A stretch of 58,388 bases of DNA from Ardenticatenales bacterium (GTDB lineage: Bacteria > Chloroflexota > Anaerolineae > Promineifilales > UBA4811): assembly GCA_030593075.1 (NCBI GenBank), contig JAUVHW010000001.1, forward strand, positions 1-58,388. The letters are read 5' to 3'. The translations under genes were made by a program, and so were the position numbers. Shown here piece after piece: positions 48,621-57,819 of the stretch. Position 1 is the stretch's first letter, and every line of letters starts with the position of its first letter. The notes beneath the pieces are model-generated. The model ran no database searches. It was not told the origin of the DNA and saw only the letters and a program-made list of their open reading frames with translations.

Positions 48621-49871
48621 ATGTCTGACGTGTCTGCGTCCGATACCTCGCCGCCTGCTGAAACCGTGTCAGCTTCAAGGCTTCGTCGCCTCGCCTCCCG
48701 CCTGACCCGGAGTCTTCCCAGGAATGGCAATAGGAGCCGGCAACGCAAGTTGCGCTATGCCCACATAATTGGCTGGGGCAAGAGCCTGCCCGAGAAGGTG
48801 CTCACCAATGATGAGATCGCTCAGATGGTGGACACCAACGACGACTGGATCTTTGCCCGCACCGGCATTCGCGAGAGACGTATTGCAGGCGATGACGAAA
48901 GCACTGCCACCCTGGCGCTGGCAGCCGCCCGAGCCGCGCTGGAGACAACCGATCTCAACCCGGCCGACCTCGACCTGATCATCGTGGCCAGCTGCAGCCC
49001 AGAGCACATCTTCCCCGCCACCGCATGTCTGGTGGAGGATGCGCTGGGGGCCAGGAACGCTGGCGCCTTTGACCTCAGCGCCGCTTGCTCGGGTTGGATA
49101 TACGGGGTGAGCCTGGCGGCTCAGTCGATTGCCACTCGCGAGATCGATCATGCGATGGTGATCGGCGCGGAGACTCTTTCTCGTTTCGTCAACTGGGAGG
49201 ACCGAACAACCTGTATCCTCTTTGGCGATGGAGCCGGGGCGGTGATCCTTGGCCCATCGGAGCAGCCGGGAGGCGTTCTCTCGACTGTTCTCGGCGCGGA
49301 TGGCTCCGGGGCACACACCCTGGCGCTGCCGGCCGGCGGCAGCCGAATGCCCGCTTCACATGAGACCATCGATAACGGTCTACACAAGATCCGGATGGAC
49401 GGGCGCAAGGTCTTTCGGTTTGCCACCCGCGTCATGCGGCAGGCGACTATCGAGGCGGTGGAAAAGGCGGGACTTACGATGGACGAAATCGCACTGGTGA
49501 TTCCCCACCAGGCGAACATGCGCATCATCGAGTCGGCCGCCCGAGGGCTCAAGCTGCCGGAGGACCGGGTTTTCGTCAACCTGGACCGGTACGGCAACAC
49601 TTCGAGTGCCTCCATCCCCATTGCCTTATGCGAGGCCTTTGATGCCGGGTTGGTGCAGCCGGGCGACCGGCTGGTGACGGTGGGGTTCGGCGCCGGCCTA
49701 ACCTGGGGTGCGGCCGTCATTCAGTGGGTAGCAGAGCCAGTGCCGGAGCGCCGGTGGCGCAACCGTGTACGTGCTGTGCTGTATCTGCTGGCGCGGATTC
49801 GCTCCGGACTGCGCCGCTTCTGGCGCCGAGTAGAGACCTGGCTGTTCCGCCCGCCTGCACCGGGGGCCTAG
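48621..49871 (+). CDS. fabH: beta-ketoacyl-ACP synthase III with basic N- and C-terminal extensions
   Basis: TNDDWIFARTGIRERR, ACSGW (active-site Cys), HQAN and GNTSSASIP. An alternative TTG start at 48750 would remove the N-terminal extension. Confidence 0.85.
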   Translation: MSDVSASDTSPPAETVSASRLRRLASRLTRSLPRNGNRSRQRKLRYAHIIGWGKSLPEKVLTNDEIAQMVDTNDDWIFARTGIRERRIAGDDESTATLALAAARAALETTDLNPADLDLIIVASCSPEHIFPATACLVEDALGARNAGAFDLSAACSGWIYGVSLAAQSIATREIDHAMVIGAETLSRFVNWEDRTTCILFGDGAGAVILGPSEQPGGVLSTVLGADGSGAHTLALPAGGSRMPASHETIDNGLHKIRMDGRKVFRFATRVMRQATIEAVEKAGLTMDEIALVIPHQANMRIIESAARGLKLPEDRVFVNLDRYGNTSSASIPIALCEAFDAGLVQPGDRLVTVGFGAGLTWGAAVIQWVAEPVPERRWRNRVRAVLYLLARIRSGLRRFWRRVETWLFRPPAPGA

Positions 49872-50018
49872 CCGAGAAGCCTTCACGCGCGATTGCTGCT
49901 CGCCGCGCCGCGCGCGTCTGGCATGGGCACTGCACGGCCTGGTAGAGAACCAGCGGCGCCGGTTCAGGAGGGGCGCTGCTGCTCTCACGGCGTGCCGACA
50001 CGGCCGGCGCGACGCCGG

Positions 50019-51569
50019 TCACAGCGGCATGTTGCCGTGTTTCTTGAGGGGGATGCTCTCGCGCTTGTCTTGCAGCCGGCTCAGCGCCTGAATGAGGAGC
50101 GGTCGTGTCTGATGGGGTTCTATCACGTCGTCCACGTAGCCGCGAGCGGCCGCGACGTAGGGGTTGGCAAACCTTTCGCGGTACTCGCGCACCCGCTCAG
50201 CCCTCAGAGCATCGGGGTCCTCGGCCGACGAGAGTTGCTTTCGGAATATGATGTTCACGGCCCCCTCCGGACCCATCACCGCAATCTCGGCCGTCGGCCA
50301 AGCTAGCACCAGATCGGCCCGGAGGTGCCGGCTGTTCATCACACAGTAGGCGCCGCCGTAGGCCTTGCGCGTGATGACGGTGATCTTGGGCACCGTCGCC
50401 TCGGCAAAAGCAAAGAGAAGCTTTGCCCCGTGGCGGATGATGCCGCCATGTTCCTGATCCACGCCCGGCAAGAAACCGGGCACATCCTCCAGCACTACCA
50501 GCGGGATGTTGAAAGCGTCGCAGAAGCGGACAAAGCGGGCTCCTTTGGTGGAACTGTCGATGTCCAAGACGCCCGCCAGGACACTGGGCTGTTGAGCAAC
50601 AATACCGACGCTGCGTCCACCAAGCCGGCCGAACCCTACGATCAAGCTCTGAGCCCAGTGGGAGTGGATCTCGAAGAACCGGCCGTCATCTACCAGCCTC
50701 AAGATTACCTCCTTCATGTCATAGGGTTTCCCTGGGTCTTCCGGCACGACTGTGTCCAGGGCACGGTCAGTGCGCAGAGGGTCATCTGTGCTGGGTCGCA
50801 GAGGGGGCTCATCCAGGTTGTTGGAGGGCAGATAGCTGAGCAATTCGCGGACCAGGAACAAGGCGTCGTCGTCGCTCTCGGCCGCCAGGTGACTGACTCC
50901 GCTGACGGTGTTGTGGGTCATTGCGCCACCCAGATCCTCGAATGAGACCTTTTCCCTGGTAGCAGCCTCGACCACTCCCGGGCCCGTGATGAACATGTGG
51001 CTGCTCCCCTTGACCATGATAATAAAGTCAGTCAGGGCTGGCGAGTAAACGGCGCCGCCCGCACACGGGCCCATGATGCAGGAGATCTGAGGAATGACCC
51101 CAGAGGCAAGCACGTTGCGCAGAAAGATGTCGGCGAACCCTGCCAGGCTGACTACCCCTTCTTGAATTCGCGCCCCGCCCGAGTCCATGAGCCCGACTAT
51201 GGGTGCGCCGTTCTTCATGGCGATCTCTTGCACCCTGACGATCTTCTCAGCGTGGACCTCTCCCAGACTGCCCCCAAAGACGGTGAAATCCTGCGCGTAA
51301 ACGTAAACGGTGCGGCCATCGATCTTGCCCCAGCCGGTAACTACACTGTCGCCCAGGTATCGCTCGTCCTCCAGGCGAAAGCCCACCGAGCGATGGGTGA
51401 CAAACATGCCTATTTCGTGGAAGGTGCCCCGGTCCAGCAGCTTCTCGATCCGCTCACGGGCGGTCAGCTTGCCCTTGCCGTGCTGGCGCTCGACACGCTT
51501 GGGGCCGCCCCCACCCCTCGCCTGCTGGCGCTTGGCTCGCAACTCCTCAACTCCAGCGCTGCTGGTCAT
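50019..51569 (-). CDS. acyl-CoA carboxyltransferase, 12S/PccB-like, paralog of 43334..44884
   Basis: Same length (516 aa) and same motifs as 43334..44884; roughly three quarters of aligned residues look identical by eye. The start is at ATG 51569; the longest ORF (51959) would translate the tandem repeat upstream. Confidence 0.9.
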   Translation of the reverse strand: MTSSAGVEELRAKRQQARGGGGPKRVERQHGKGKLTARERIEKLLDRGTFHEIGMFVTHRSVGFRLEDERYLGDSVVTGWGKIDGRTVYVYAQDFTVFGGSLGEVHAEKIVRVQEIAMKNGAPIVGLMDSGGARIQEGVVSLAGFADIFLRNVLASGVIPQISCIMGPCAGGAVYSPALTDFIIMVKGSSHMFITGPGVVEAATREKVSFEDLGGAMTHNTVSGVSHLAAESDDDALFLVRELLSYLPSNNLDEPPLRPSTDDPLRTDRALDTVVPEDPGKPYDMKEVILRLVDDGRFFEIHSHWAQSLIVGFGRLGGRSVGIVAQQPSVLAGVLDIDSSTKGARFVRFCDAFNIPLVVLEDVPGFLPGVDQEHGGIIRHGAKLLFAFAEATVPKITVITRKAYGGAYCVMNSRHLRADLVLAWPTAEIAVMGPEGAVNIIFRKQLSSAEDPDALRAERVREYRERFANPYVAAARGYVDDVIEPHQTRPLLIQALSRLQDKRESIPLKKHGNMPL

Positions 51570-51863
51570 TGGATTCGCCTCCGGTGCGTCTTGTATTGAG
51601 CAGGGTCCAACGACCCTTGTGGGCTCTGACGTGAGAAACACCACAACCGTAGTACAGTTACGCCAGCGGTGAGGTGGTGCTGGAGTGCTGGCCTCCCCGA
51701 TCCGGAACCGAACGCAGGCCGTTCCGCAGCAGCCCTCTACGGCGGCATTGACCGGCCGGCCGCCAGACCGACCTTGACCCAGAAGCCCGGCCGGAAAGCC
51801 CCAATTCCTCAGTGCTGCTCGAAGCGCTGCCCACAAGCGCGTGCGCTGTGGCTTCTGCAACGC

Positions 51864-51996
51864 CTGGCCGGCGTGCTGTGGAAGCCGCAATGCGCCCGCA
51901 ACGGCCGCTATCCGCGTCTCCGGCCAGGCGCCCTGGCCGGCATGCTGTGGAAGCCGCAATGCGCCCGCAGCAGCCGCTATCCGCGTCTCCGGCCAG
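51864..51996. repeat. two tandem 69-bp-period repeat units, each bounded by the inverted termini CTGGCCGG...CCGGCCAG
   Basis: The units start at 51864 and 51933. 65 of 69 positions are identical by manual alignment. A degenerate partial copy lies just upstream (about 51841-51863). Confidence 0.8.
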
Positions 51997-52000
51997 GCCC

Positions 52001-53956
52001 CTATGGTAGGTCCACCAGGCTGTCAATCAGCCGCCGCATTCTTGATGCTGCCTCTGTTGCCAGAGCGATGTTCGCCTGCAGGCGTGCCGTCAGAGGGCCT
52101 GATGCATCGAGGAGCTCGATTGACCCAATGACAGAAGCCAGGGGAGAGCGCAGGTCCCGGGAGAGAGCAGACGCAAACTCCGCCTTGGCCGCATCTATTC
52201 CCTCTATGAACATGGTGTCGTGCATCTCAATGACCGACCCGATACCCGGAATGGGGGCTACGCTGGTAAGGTAGGTGCGATCCTGGTGGGAGATCTCTTT
52301 GGTGACCACCTGCTCGGCAGCGACCAGCTCCACCAGCCGGGGGACCCCGGTCAACTCACCCAGCGATGGAACAGCGGCAATATCATCAGGGATGTCGAAT
52401 AGCTTCCGAGCGGCCTGGTTGCAGAGCAGGAGGCGGCCGGACCGGTCAACGATCAAGATGGGGTTAGCGCTGCACGCCAGCACTGCCTTCAGAATTCTCT
52501 GGGATCTATTGACCTGATCGAGAAGGCGCTCGGCGTCGGCCGCCAGCGCCAACGGTGTTGCCACAGCCCTGAGTAGATCCGCATCCTCCTCGTTAAAGGG
52601 TCCCGATCTTTTGTTCGCCAGCTGAATGACGCCTACCACCCGTTCTTTGGTTGCCAGGGGTACCGCCAGTAGCGAGCGTGTTTCATGACTGGTTGGCCGG
52701 TCCAGCTCGGGCTTGAAGAGCGGATGGCTGAGTGGATCGTTGGTGCTATAGGTGACATTGTTCTTGGCACAGCTGCCGACAATCCCCTGGCCAATGGGCA
52801 CCTGCAAGGAGGGCTTGGGGCTGCCCTCCGTGGCGGAGCATAGCCTGGGCTCCAGGTAGGACTGGGATTCGTCGGCCAGGAAAAGGGTAGCGGTAGTCAC
52901 ATCGAACACCTTATGGATGCGGCTCATGGCGCGGGAGAGAATGTCAGGATCGAGTGTGGTCACTGCCTTTGAAATCTCTCCGACCGTATCCAGCTCTGCC
53001 ACCCGTTGCTGGAGTGCCTTCTCGGTCGTCTCGTAAAGCCGGGCGTTCTCAATCGCTATCGCGGCGTAATCGGTCAGGGCCTGGAGGCTCGCGAGCTCCG
53101 CTCGGCCGAGAGCACGGCGCGAGCCGCGGTTGGCCACCGAGACAACACCCAGGCAGCGATCCTGGACGAGCAGGGGGACGTACATTACCTCCTTGACCAG
53201 ATATCCGGTCTTGATCTTGAGCCCGCGGCCCTTCTTCGCCACCCTGACAACCGGCTTTCGGGTGCGGATTGCCTCACCTGCCAGGGCATCCTGGACTTTC
53301 AGGTGTGTCATCCGCGGTATGGGGCCGGTGTCTGGGTGCCTCCCTGCCTCGGCCACTACGAACATGTCACGGCCGCTCTCCTCCAGCAGCCAGATGGTGG
53401 CCTCTTCCGCCTCGCACCACTGGAGAGCAGCTTCTGTCACCTGTGTGAGGATCTGTTCCAGGTCTAGAGAGGCTGTGATAGAGCGGCCGATGCCGGCTAG
53501 TGTGGCAAGCTGGTCGACCTGCCTGCGGAGTTCGACATTGGTGTGGTGCAACTCGTCGGCCAGCTGGCGGCTGCTCCGCTGCAAGCGAGACCGGTGCAGC
53601 GCGCGCTCCAGAGCATTCGCGAGTTCCTCCAGGCCGACGGGCTTTGTGAGATAGTCGCGTACACCCAGCCGGAACGCTTCCACAGCGATTTGCTCCGACC
53701 CGTGCGCGGTGATCAGGATCACCGCGGTCTGGCTGCCCGCGGCCGCCAGGTGGCGCACCACATCCATACCGCTCATGTCCGGCAGGTACAGGTCCACCAG
53801 AGCAGCCTCCGGCTTCTCGGCCGCCACTATGTCCAGTCCCCGCTGCCCAGTGGTGGCGACCAGTGGCTGGTAGCCGAGTTGAGGAAGGGCTCTGTCGGCC
53901 AGGAACGATATCAGATACTTGCTGTCGTCAATGACAAGGATTCGCTCGCCGGGCAT
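52001..53956 (-). CDS. response-regulator receiver - GAF - GAF - PAS protein ending in a His-less DHp remnant (no HATPase domain)
   Basis: REC: ILVIDDSKY...[12 protein letters not shown]. Two GAF-like regions and a PAS ([24 protein letters not shown]). C-terminal [23 protein letters not shown], where the family has S-H-E-L-R-T-P-L. The ATG at 53956 (GAGG 6 nt upstream) is preferred over TTG 53968. Confidence 0.85.
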   Translation of the reverse strand: MPGERILVIDDSKYLISFLADRALPQLGYQPLVATTGQRGLDIVAAEKPEAALVDLYLPDMSGMDVVRHLAAAGSQTAVILITAHGSEQIAVEAFRLGVRDYLTKPVGLEELANALERALHRSRLQRSSRQLADELHHTNVELRRQVDQLATLAGIGRSITASLDLEQILTQVTEAALQWCEAEEATIWLLEESGRDMFVVAEAGRHPDTGPIPRMTHLKVQDALAGEAIRTRKPVVRVAKKGRGLKIKTGYLVKEVMYVPLLVQDRCLGVVSVANRGSRRALGRAELASLQALTDYAAIAIENARLYETTEKALQQRVAELDTVGEISKAVTTLDPDILSRAMSRIHKVFDVTTATLFLADESQSYLEPRLCSATEGSPKPSLQVPIGQGIVGSCAKNNVTYSTNDPLSHPLFKPELDRPTSHETRSLLAVPLATKERVVGVIQLANKRSGPFNEEDADLLRAVATPLALAADAERLLDQVNRSQRILKAVLACSANPILIVDRSGRLLLCNQAARKLFDIPDDIAAVPSLGELTGVPRLVELVAAEQVVTKEISHQDRTYLTSVAPIPGIGSVIEMHDTMFIEGIDAAKAEFASALSRDLRSPLASVIGSIELLDASGPLTARLQANIALATEAASRMRRLIDSLVDLP

Positions 53957-53995
53957 CTTTGGCCTCAAGTGCAGGTGATTGTAGCACAGTTGCTC

Positions 53996-54024
53996 TTGAC
54001 AGCGAATAGGCGCAAGTCTATACT
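53996..54024 (+). promoter_or_regulatory. near-consensus sigma70-type promoter of glnA
   Basis: TTGACA (53996-54001), 17-nt spacer, TATACT (54019-54024), about 40 nt upstream of ATG 54067. Confidence 0.55.
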
Positions 54025-54066
54025 GGCAGGCGAACCGTGAGACCTGGCGGCAAAGCGGGAGACTGC

Positions 54067-55491
54067 ATGTTCACTGAATTCGAGGGTGCTCGCGCCTACA
54101 TACAGCAGAACGACATCCGTATGGTGGATCTCAAGTTCACTGATCTGTGGGGGAGGTGGCGGCATCTCACCATCCCGTCCAGCCAGTTCACACCCCAATT
54201 GATGACAGATGGCGTCGGCATTGATGGCTCTAGCGTGGGTCTAAAGAGTGTCAAGGCGGGCGACATGGTAACGGTGCCGGATCTATCGACCGGATTCCTG
54301 GATCCGTTCTGGGAAGTGCCGACTCTGAGCTTCGTGAGTTACACCCTGGAAGCAGACTCAAAGGAGGTTTTCTTCCGGGATCCGCGGAACATTGCCCGGC
54401 GAGCGGAGGGGTATCTGCTGGAGAGCGGGATTGCCGATGAGAGCCGTTGGGGGCCCGAGTTTGAGTTCTATGTCTTTGACACCGTTGCTTTCGAGAACGA
54501 AATCAATCGCTCAGGTTACCGGGTGGAGAGCGCAGAGGCCGAATGGTTGAGTGGTGAGGGAGGTCACGGTCACTACATCCCGCTGCACGGTGGCTACCAC
54601 GCTATCCCACCCAAGGACGCGCTCTGCCAACTCCGAACTCGGATGTCCACGACTTTGGAGGCAATGGGCGTGCCAGTCAAATACCATCATCATGAGGTGG
54701 GTGGGCCGGGTCAGTGTGAGATCGAGACCTCGATGATTCGAGGGGCAGTGCAGACGGGGGACCTCGTGATGAAGGTCAAGTATGTGACCAAGATGGTGGC
54801 CCACGGCGCGGGGCAGACCGCCACCTTCATGCCCAAGCCGCTGTTTGGTGAGGCCGGAAACGGGATGCACTTTCACCAGCATCTGTTCAAAGAGGGAAGG
54901 AACGTGTTCTACGACGCTGACGGCTACGGGAAAATGAGTCAGACGGCGCTCTACTTTATTGGTGGCCTGCTGTTGCATGGACCCGCCGTGCTGGCCTTCA
55001 CCAATCCTTCCACCAATTCCTACCGGCGGCTGGTGCCAGGTTATGAGGCGCCGGTGAACGCCTTCTTTAGCCTCGCCAATCGCAGCGCGGCCGTGCGCAT
55101 TCCCAAGTACGCCGACCGGCCGGAGACAGCGCGTATCGAATTCCGCCCGCCGGATGCTACGGGCAATCCCTATCTGATGATTGCGGCGCAGTTGATGGCC
55201 GGGATCGATGGTATCAACAAGCGGATTGACCCCGCCGAGCAGGGCTTTGGCCCCATCGACGAGGACGTTTTCTCCTGGACGCCGGAGCGGCTAGAGAATA
55301 TCAAGGCGCTTCCCTCCTCTCTCAAAGAGGCCCTGGATGCTCTCGCAGAAGATAGCGCTTTCCTGGAGGCGGGTGGCGTTTTCGACGACGAGATCATTGA
55401 AGACTGGATTGAGCACAAGCTGGTCCAGGAGTACTATGCAGTGCGAAACCGCCCGCACCCCTACGAGATGAAGCTGTATTTCGGCGTGTAA
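54067..55491 (+). CDS. glnA: glutamine synthetase, type I
   Basis: IRMVDLKFTDLWGRWRH, GPEFEFYVFD, KYHHHEVGGPGQCEI, MPKPLFGEAGNGMHFHQ and NPSTNSYRRLVPGYEAP. The start is at internal ATG 54067. Confidence 0.9.
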   Translation: MFTEFEGARAYIQQNDIRMVDLKFTDLWGRWRHLTIPSSQFTPQLMTDGVGIDGSSVGLKSVKAGDMVTVPDLSTGFLDPFWEVPTLSFVSYTLEADSKEVFFRDPRNIARRAEGYLLESGIADESRWGPEFEFYVFDTVAFENEINRSGYRVESAEAEWLSGEGGHGHYIPLHGGYHAIPPKDALCQLRTRMSTTLEAMGVPVKYHHHEVGGPGQCEIETSMIRGAVQTGDLVMKVKYVTKMVAHGAGQTATFMPKPLFGEAGNGMHFHQHLFKEGRNVFYDADGYGKMSQTALYFIGGLLLHGPAVLAFTNPSTNSYRRLVPGYEAPVNAFFSLANRSAAVRIPKYADRPETARIEFRPPDATGNPYLMIAAQLMAGIDGINKRIDPAEQGFGPIDEDVFSWTPERLENIKALPSSLKEALDALAEDSAFLEAGGVFDDEIIEDWIEHKLVQEYYAVRNRPHPYEMKLYFGV

Positions 55492-55534
55492 CTGCGTCGC
55501 CGGCGCGCTGGAACCTTCCCGATAGTGCGAGTGT

Positions 55535-56413
55535 ATGAACATGCCGGACCAACTGTTGCGCACGTTCACCCCATGGCTACTCGGCCTTTTTGGGCTGGCC
55601 ACCGCCGTGGCGCTGCTTGTAGCAGTTCACTACTTGATGCAGGTGCGGCAGTCGGCCCTCTCTTTCCTCCGAGAGCGTTCCCGTCGCAAGCTTCGAAGCA
55701 GCCTGGCGATGACGGCGCTGTTTGCTTTGCTAGCGGCCGGAACCCTGCTGGCGCTGCGTCGCCTACCCGAGCAGAGTGGCTACCCTGACACAGCAGATGT
55801 GACCCTGACCGTGCCCGCCACGCCGGTTCGGCCGGTCAACTCGGCCTCCATGCCTCGGGGTACGGACCGGGCGCCCAGTGCGACGCCCCCGGCCGGGTCG
55901 TCCCCCACGGCTCCCTTCATCCCAACCAATACGCCCACCCTGACGCCTAGCGCGACATTTACTCCTAGCGTCACCCCCTCCATCACCCCTACTCCGAGCC
56001 GCACGCCTACGCCCTCTCCGACAGTCCCAGTACTGGAGGCCATCTATACTCCCGTCACCCCGTATGCCACCCCGCCGGCGGATGCTTGGCTGGGCCCGCT
56101 GACAGTGAGTGCCGCCATGGCAGCGAACGGTGTTCCCAGCGAAGAGAGTGTCGAGTTCCAGGAGGGTCAGCGTGTGCTGTACGTCTCCTTTGACTATGAT
56201 GATATGCTGAACGGCATCCTCTGGCGGTACATCTGGTTCAAGAATGGCGAGTTCTACGCCGGGGGGACGCGGGTGTGGGAGTGGCAGAACAGAGGCAGGA
56301 CCTACTTTTACCTTCTGCCCCCCGGGGGGTTCTCCGCTGGCTGGTATGACGTTCAGGTCCTGCTGGAAGAGGACATAGTCCGAAGCACCCGCTTTGTCAT
56401 CCGGGAGCGGTGA
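55535..56413 (+). CDS. membrane-anchored protein with a Thr/Pro/Ser-rich linker and a small beta-rich C-terminal domain
   Basis: Two N-terminal hydrophobic helices, then PTNTPTLTPSATFTPSVTPSITPTPSRTPTPSPT, then a ~110-aa domain (LYVSFDYDDM..WRYIWFKNGE..WYDVQVLL). Confidence 0.7.
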   Translation: MNMPDQLLRTFTPWLLGLFGLATAVALLVAVHYLMQVRQSALSFLRERSRRKLRSSLAMTALFALLAAGTLLALRRLPEQSGYPDTADVTLTVPATPVRPVNSASMPRGTDRAPSATPPAGSSPTAPFIPTNTPTLTPSATFTPSVTPSITPTPSRTPTPSPTVPVLEAIYTPVTPYATPPADAWLGPLTVSAAMAANGVPSEESVEFQEGQRVLYVSFDYDDMLNGILWRYIWFKNGEFYAGGTRVWEWQNRGRTYFYLLPPGGFSAGWYDVQVLLEEDIVRSTRFVIRER

Positions 56414-56455
56414 GGGCGCTCCGAGACCGAGCTGGGCCTGATTGCAGCGGTACCC

Positions 56456-57121
56456 CTATGGGCGATGGCGACTCCTAGCCTCGGCCATCGCCAGATTTAT
56501 GGCCGCCGCTATCCGGCTGCAAGCCTCGCTGTTGTCCTCCTCGCGGTCCACCGCCAGTGGTTCGCCAATAGCCAGCGTAATGTGGCTGTAGGGGAGGGGG
56601 AGGGAGTAGCGATCCCAGCGGGGTAGCTGGATGCGGGAACGGGCATAAACCCCCATGGGGAGGATGGCAGCGCCCGATTTGCCTGCCAGGAAGGCGACGC
56701 CTGGCTTGGGGACGCCGGAAGGACCATCCGGGCCGTCTGGGTTGATGTAGGCGTTTGCGCCGTCTCTGACCTGCCGTACCAGTTGGACAAAGCGGCGAGC
56801 TGCAACGAACGATTCTTCCTGCATACTGATGGTGAAGGCCTTCGTTCCCAGCAGACGAGACCATTCGGTCAACGCCTCGCCGCGCCAGTCATCGGGCACA
56901 ATCAGCAGTATGTTGTACCCGTTCGCGGCGTGGTGGCGCAAGTAGTAGCCGGCTATCATCATCGTGCTGCCGTGCCAGGAGGTCCATATGGCCGGCCGCC
57001 CGGCCGCCTCCAGTGCATCCAGGTGCTTCTCCCCGTGGAGGTGGTAGCGCGCGGTGTGACAGACGACCTGGGAGTAGAGGTGCAATCCGCGCGCGCTGAT
57101 CCAGCTGCGCGAAGTGATCAT
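56456..57121 (-). CDS. DUF374 / lysophospholipid-acyltransferase-like protein
   Basis: IWTSWHG....., INPDGPDGPSGVPKPGVAFLAGKSGAAILPMG (DUF374 signature). The ATG at 57121 overlaps the pssA stop (ATGA). The longest ORF (57418) overlaps pssA. Confidence 0.75.
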   Translation of the reverse strand: MITSRSWISARGLHLYSQVVCHTARYHLHGEKHLDALEAAGRPAIWTSWHGSTMMIAGYYLRHHAANGYNILLIVPDDWRGEALTEWSRLLGTKAFTISMQEESFVAARRFVQLVRQVRDGANAYINPDGPDGPSGVPKPGVAFLAGKSGAAILPMGVYARSRIQLPRWDRYSLPLPYSHITLAIGEPLAVDREEDNSEACSRIAAAINLAMAEARSRHRP

Positions 57122-57819
57122 CGGTTGGCCAAGCCGTAGCCCGCGCGGGCTACGCCCTCGCCCACATAGCTGAGCATCAGCCCCAGAAAGATCAGTTGGG
57201 GAGAGAAGCGAACCGACAGCAATGTGCTCACCCCCAGCAGCACGGCGGTGGTCTTTTTCCGGCGGGTGATCGAGCCGAACGTAGCAAACCGAACCCTGCT
57301 GACCATCAATAGGGCCAGCAGCGACGGCAGCAGAATCATCGCTGGCAGAGGTAGCAGGCTGGCACTGTAGTGCAGACCGGAGAGACCGGCTAGTACGAGG
57401 ATAGGGCCGGCCGACCAAACGGTGAGCCCCACTGTATGATCCTCCCTACCCGTCTTGATGGGCAGCAAGTTAAAGCGCGCCAGGCGCAAGGCCCCGGCGG
57501 CCGGCACCGGCAGAATGATCAGCAGGCTGAGCAAGCTGGAGACCTGCTGCAGGCGGAGATACTGGTAGGCAAAGATGGGCGCCCCCACTGTGAAGCAGAC
57601 CGAATCCGCCAGCGAGTCGAGCTGTACGCCGAGCTGTGAGGCCGTCCTCCACGTCCGGGCAAGCATTCCGTCCAGCGTGTCCGTGAGCATGCCGATGAGG
57701 ATGAAGGTTCCGGCCCACAGCAGATGCCCCTCAACCGACAGCACAATGGAAGCTATCCCACAGAATAGCGTGCCGTAGGTGAACATGTGGGGCACGATAG
57801 GCAACACCTGCTTTCTCAT
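57118..57819 (-). CDS. pssA: CDP-alcohol phosphatidyltransferase, phosphatidylserine-synthase-like
   Basis: DTLDGMLARTWRTASQLGVQLDSLADSV matches D-x2-D-G-x2-A-R-x8-G-x3-D-x3-D. It is multi-TM and sits immediately after psd. Confidence 0.8.
   Translation of the reverse strand: MRKQVLPIVPHMFTYGTLFCGIASIVLSVEGHLLWAGTFILIGMLTDTLDGMLARTWRTASQLGVQLDSLADSVCFTVGAPIFAYQYLRLQQVSSLLSLLIILPVPAAGALRLARFNLLPIKTGREDHTVGLTVWSAGPILVLAGLSGLHYSASLLPLPAMILLPSLLALLMVSRVRFATFGSITRRKKTTAVLLGVSTLLSVRFSPQLIFLGLMLSYVGEGVARAGYGLANR

Noticed and set aside
51570-51959. The 130-codon N-terminal extension of the carboxyltransferase paralog, and the analogous extensions of accC (47006-47161), the Ldh_2 gene (39774-39899), DUF374 (57122-57418) and glnA (54037-54066).
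   Set aside because: These extensions are non-conserved and low-complexity, or they overlap neighbouring genes. Internal ATGs align with the family N-termini and have SD sequences or ATGA coupling.
53980-53993. A possible NtcA/GlnR-type operator upstream of glnA (TGTAGCACAGTTGC).
   Set aside because: Only one half-site matches either consensus (GTA-N8-TAC or TGTNA-N7-TNACA); the second half is GC/GCTCT.
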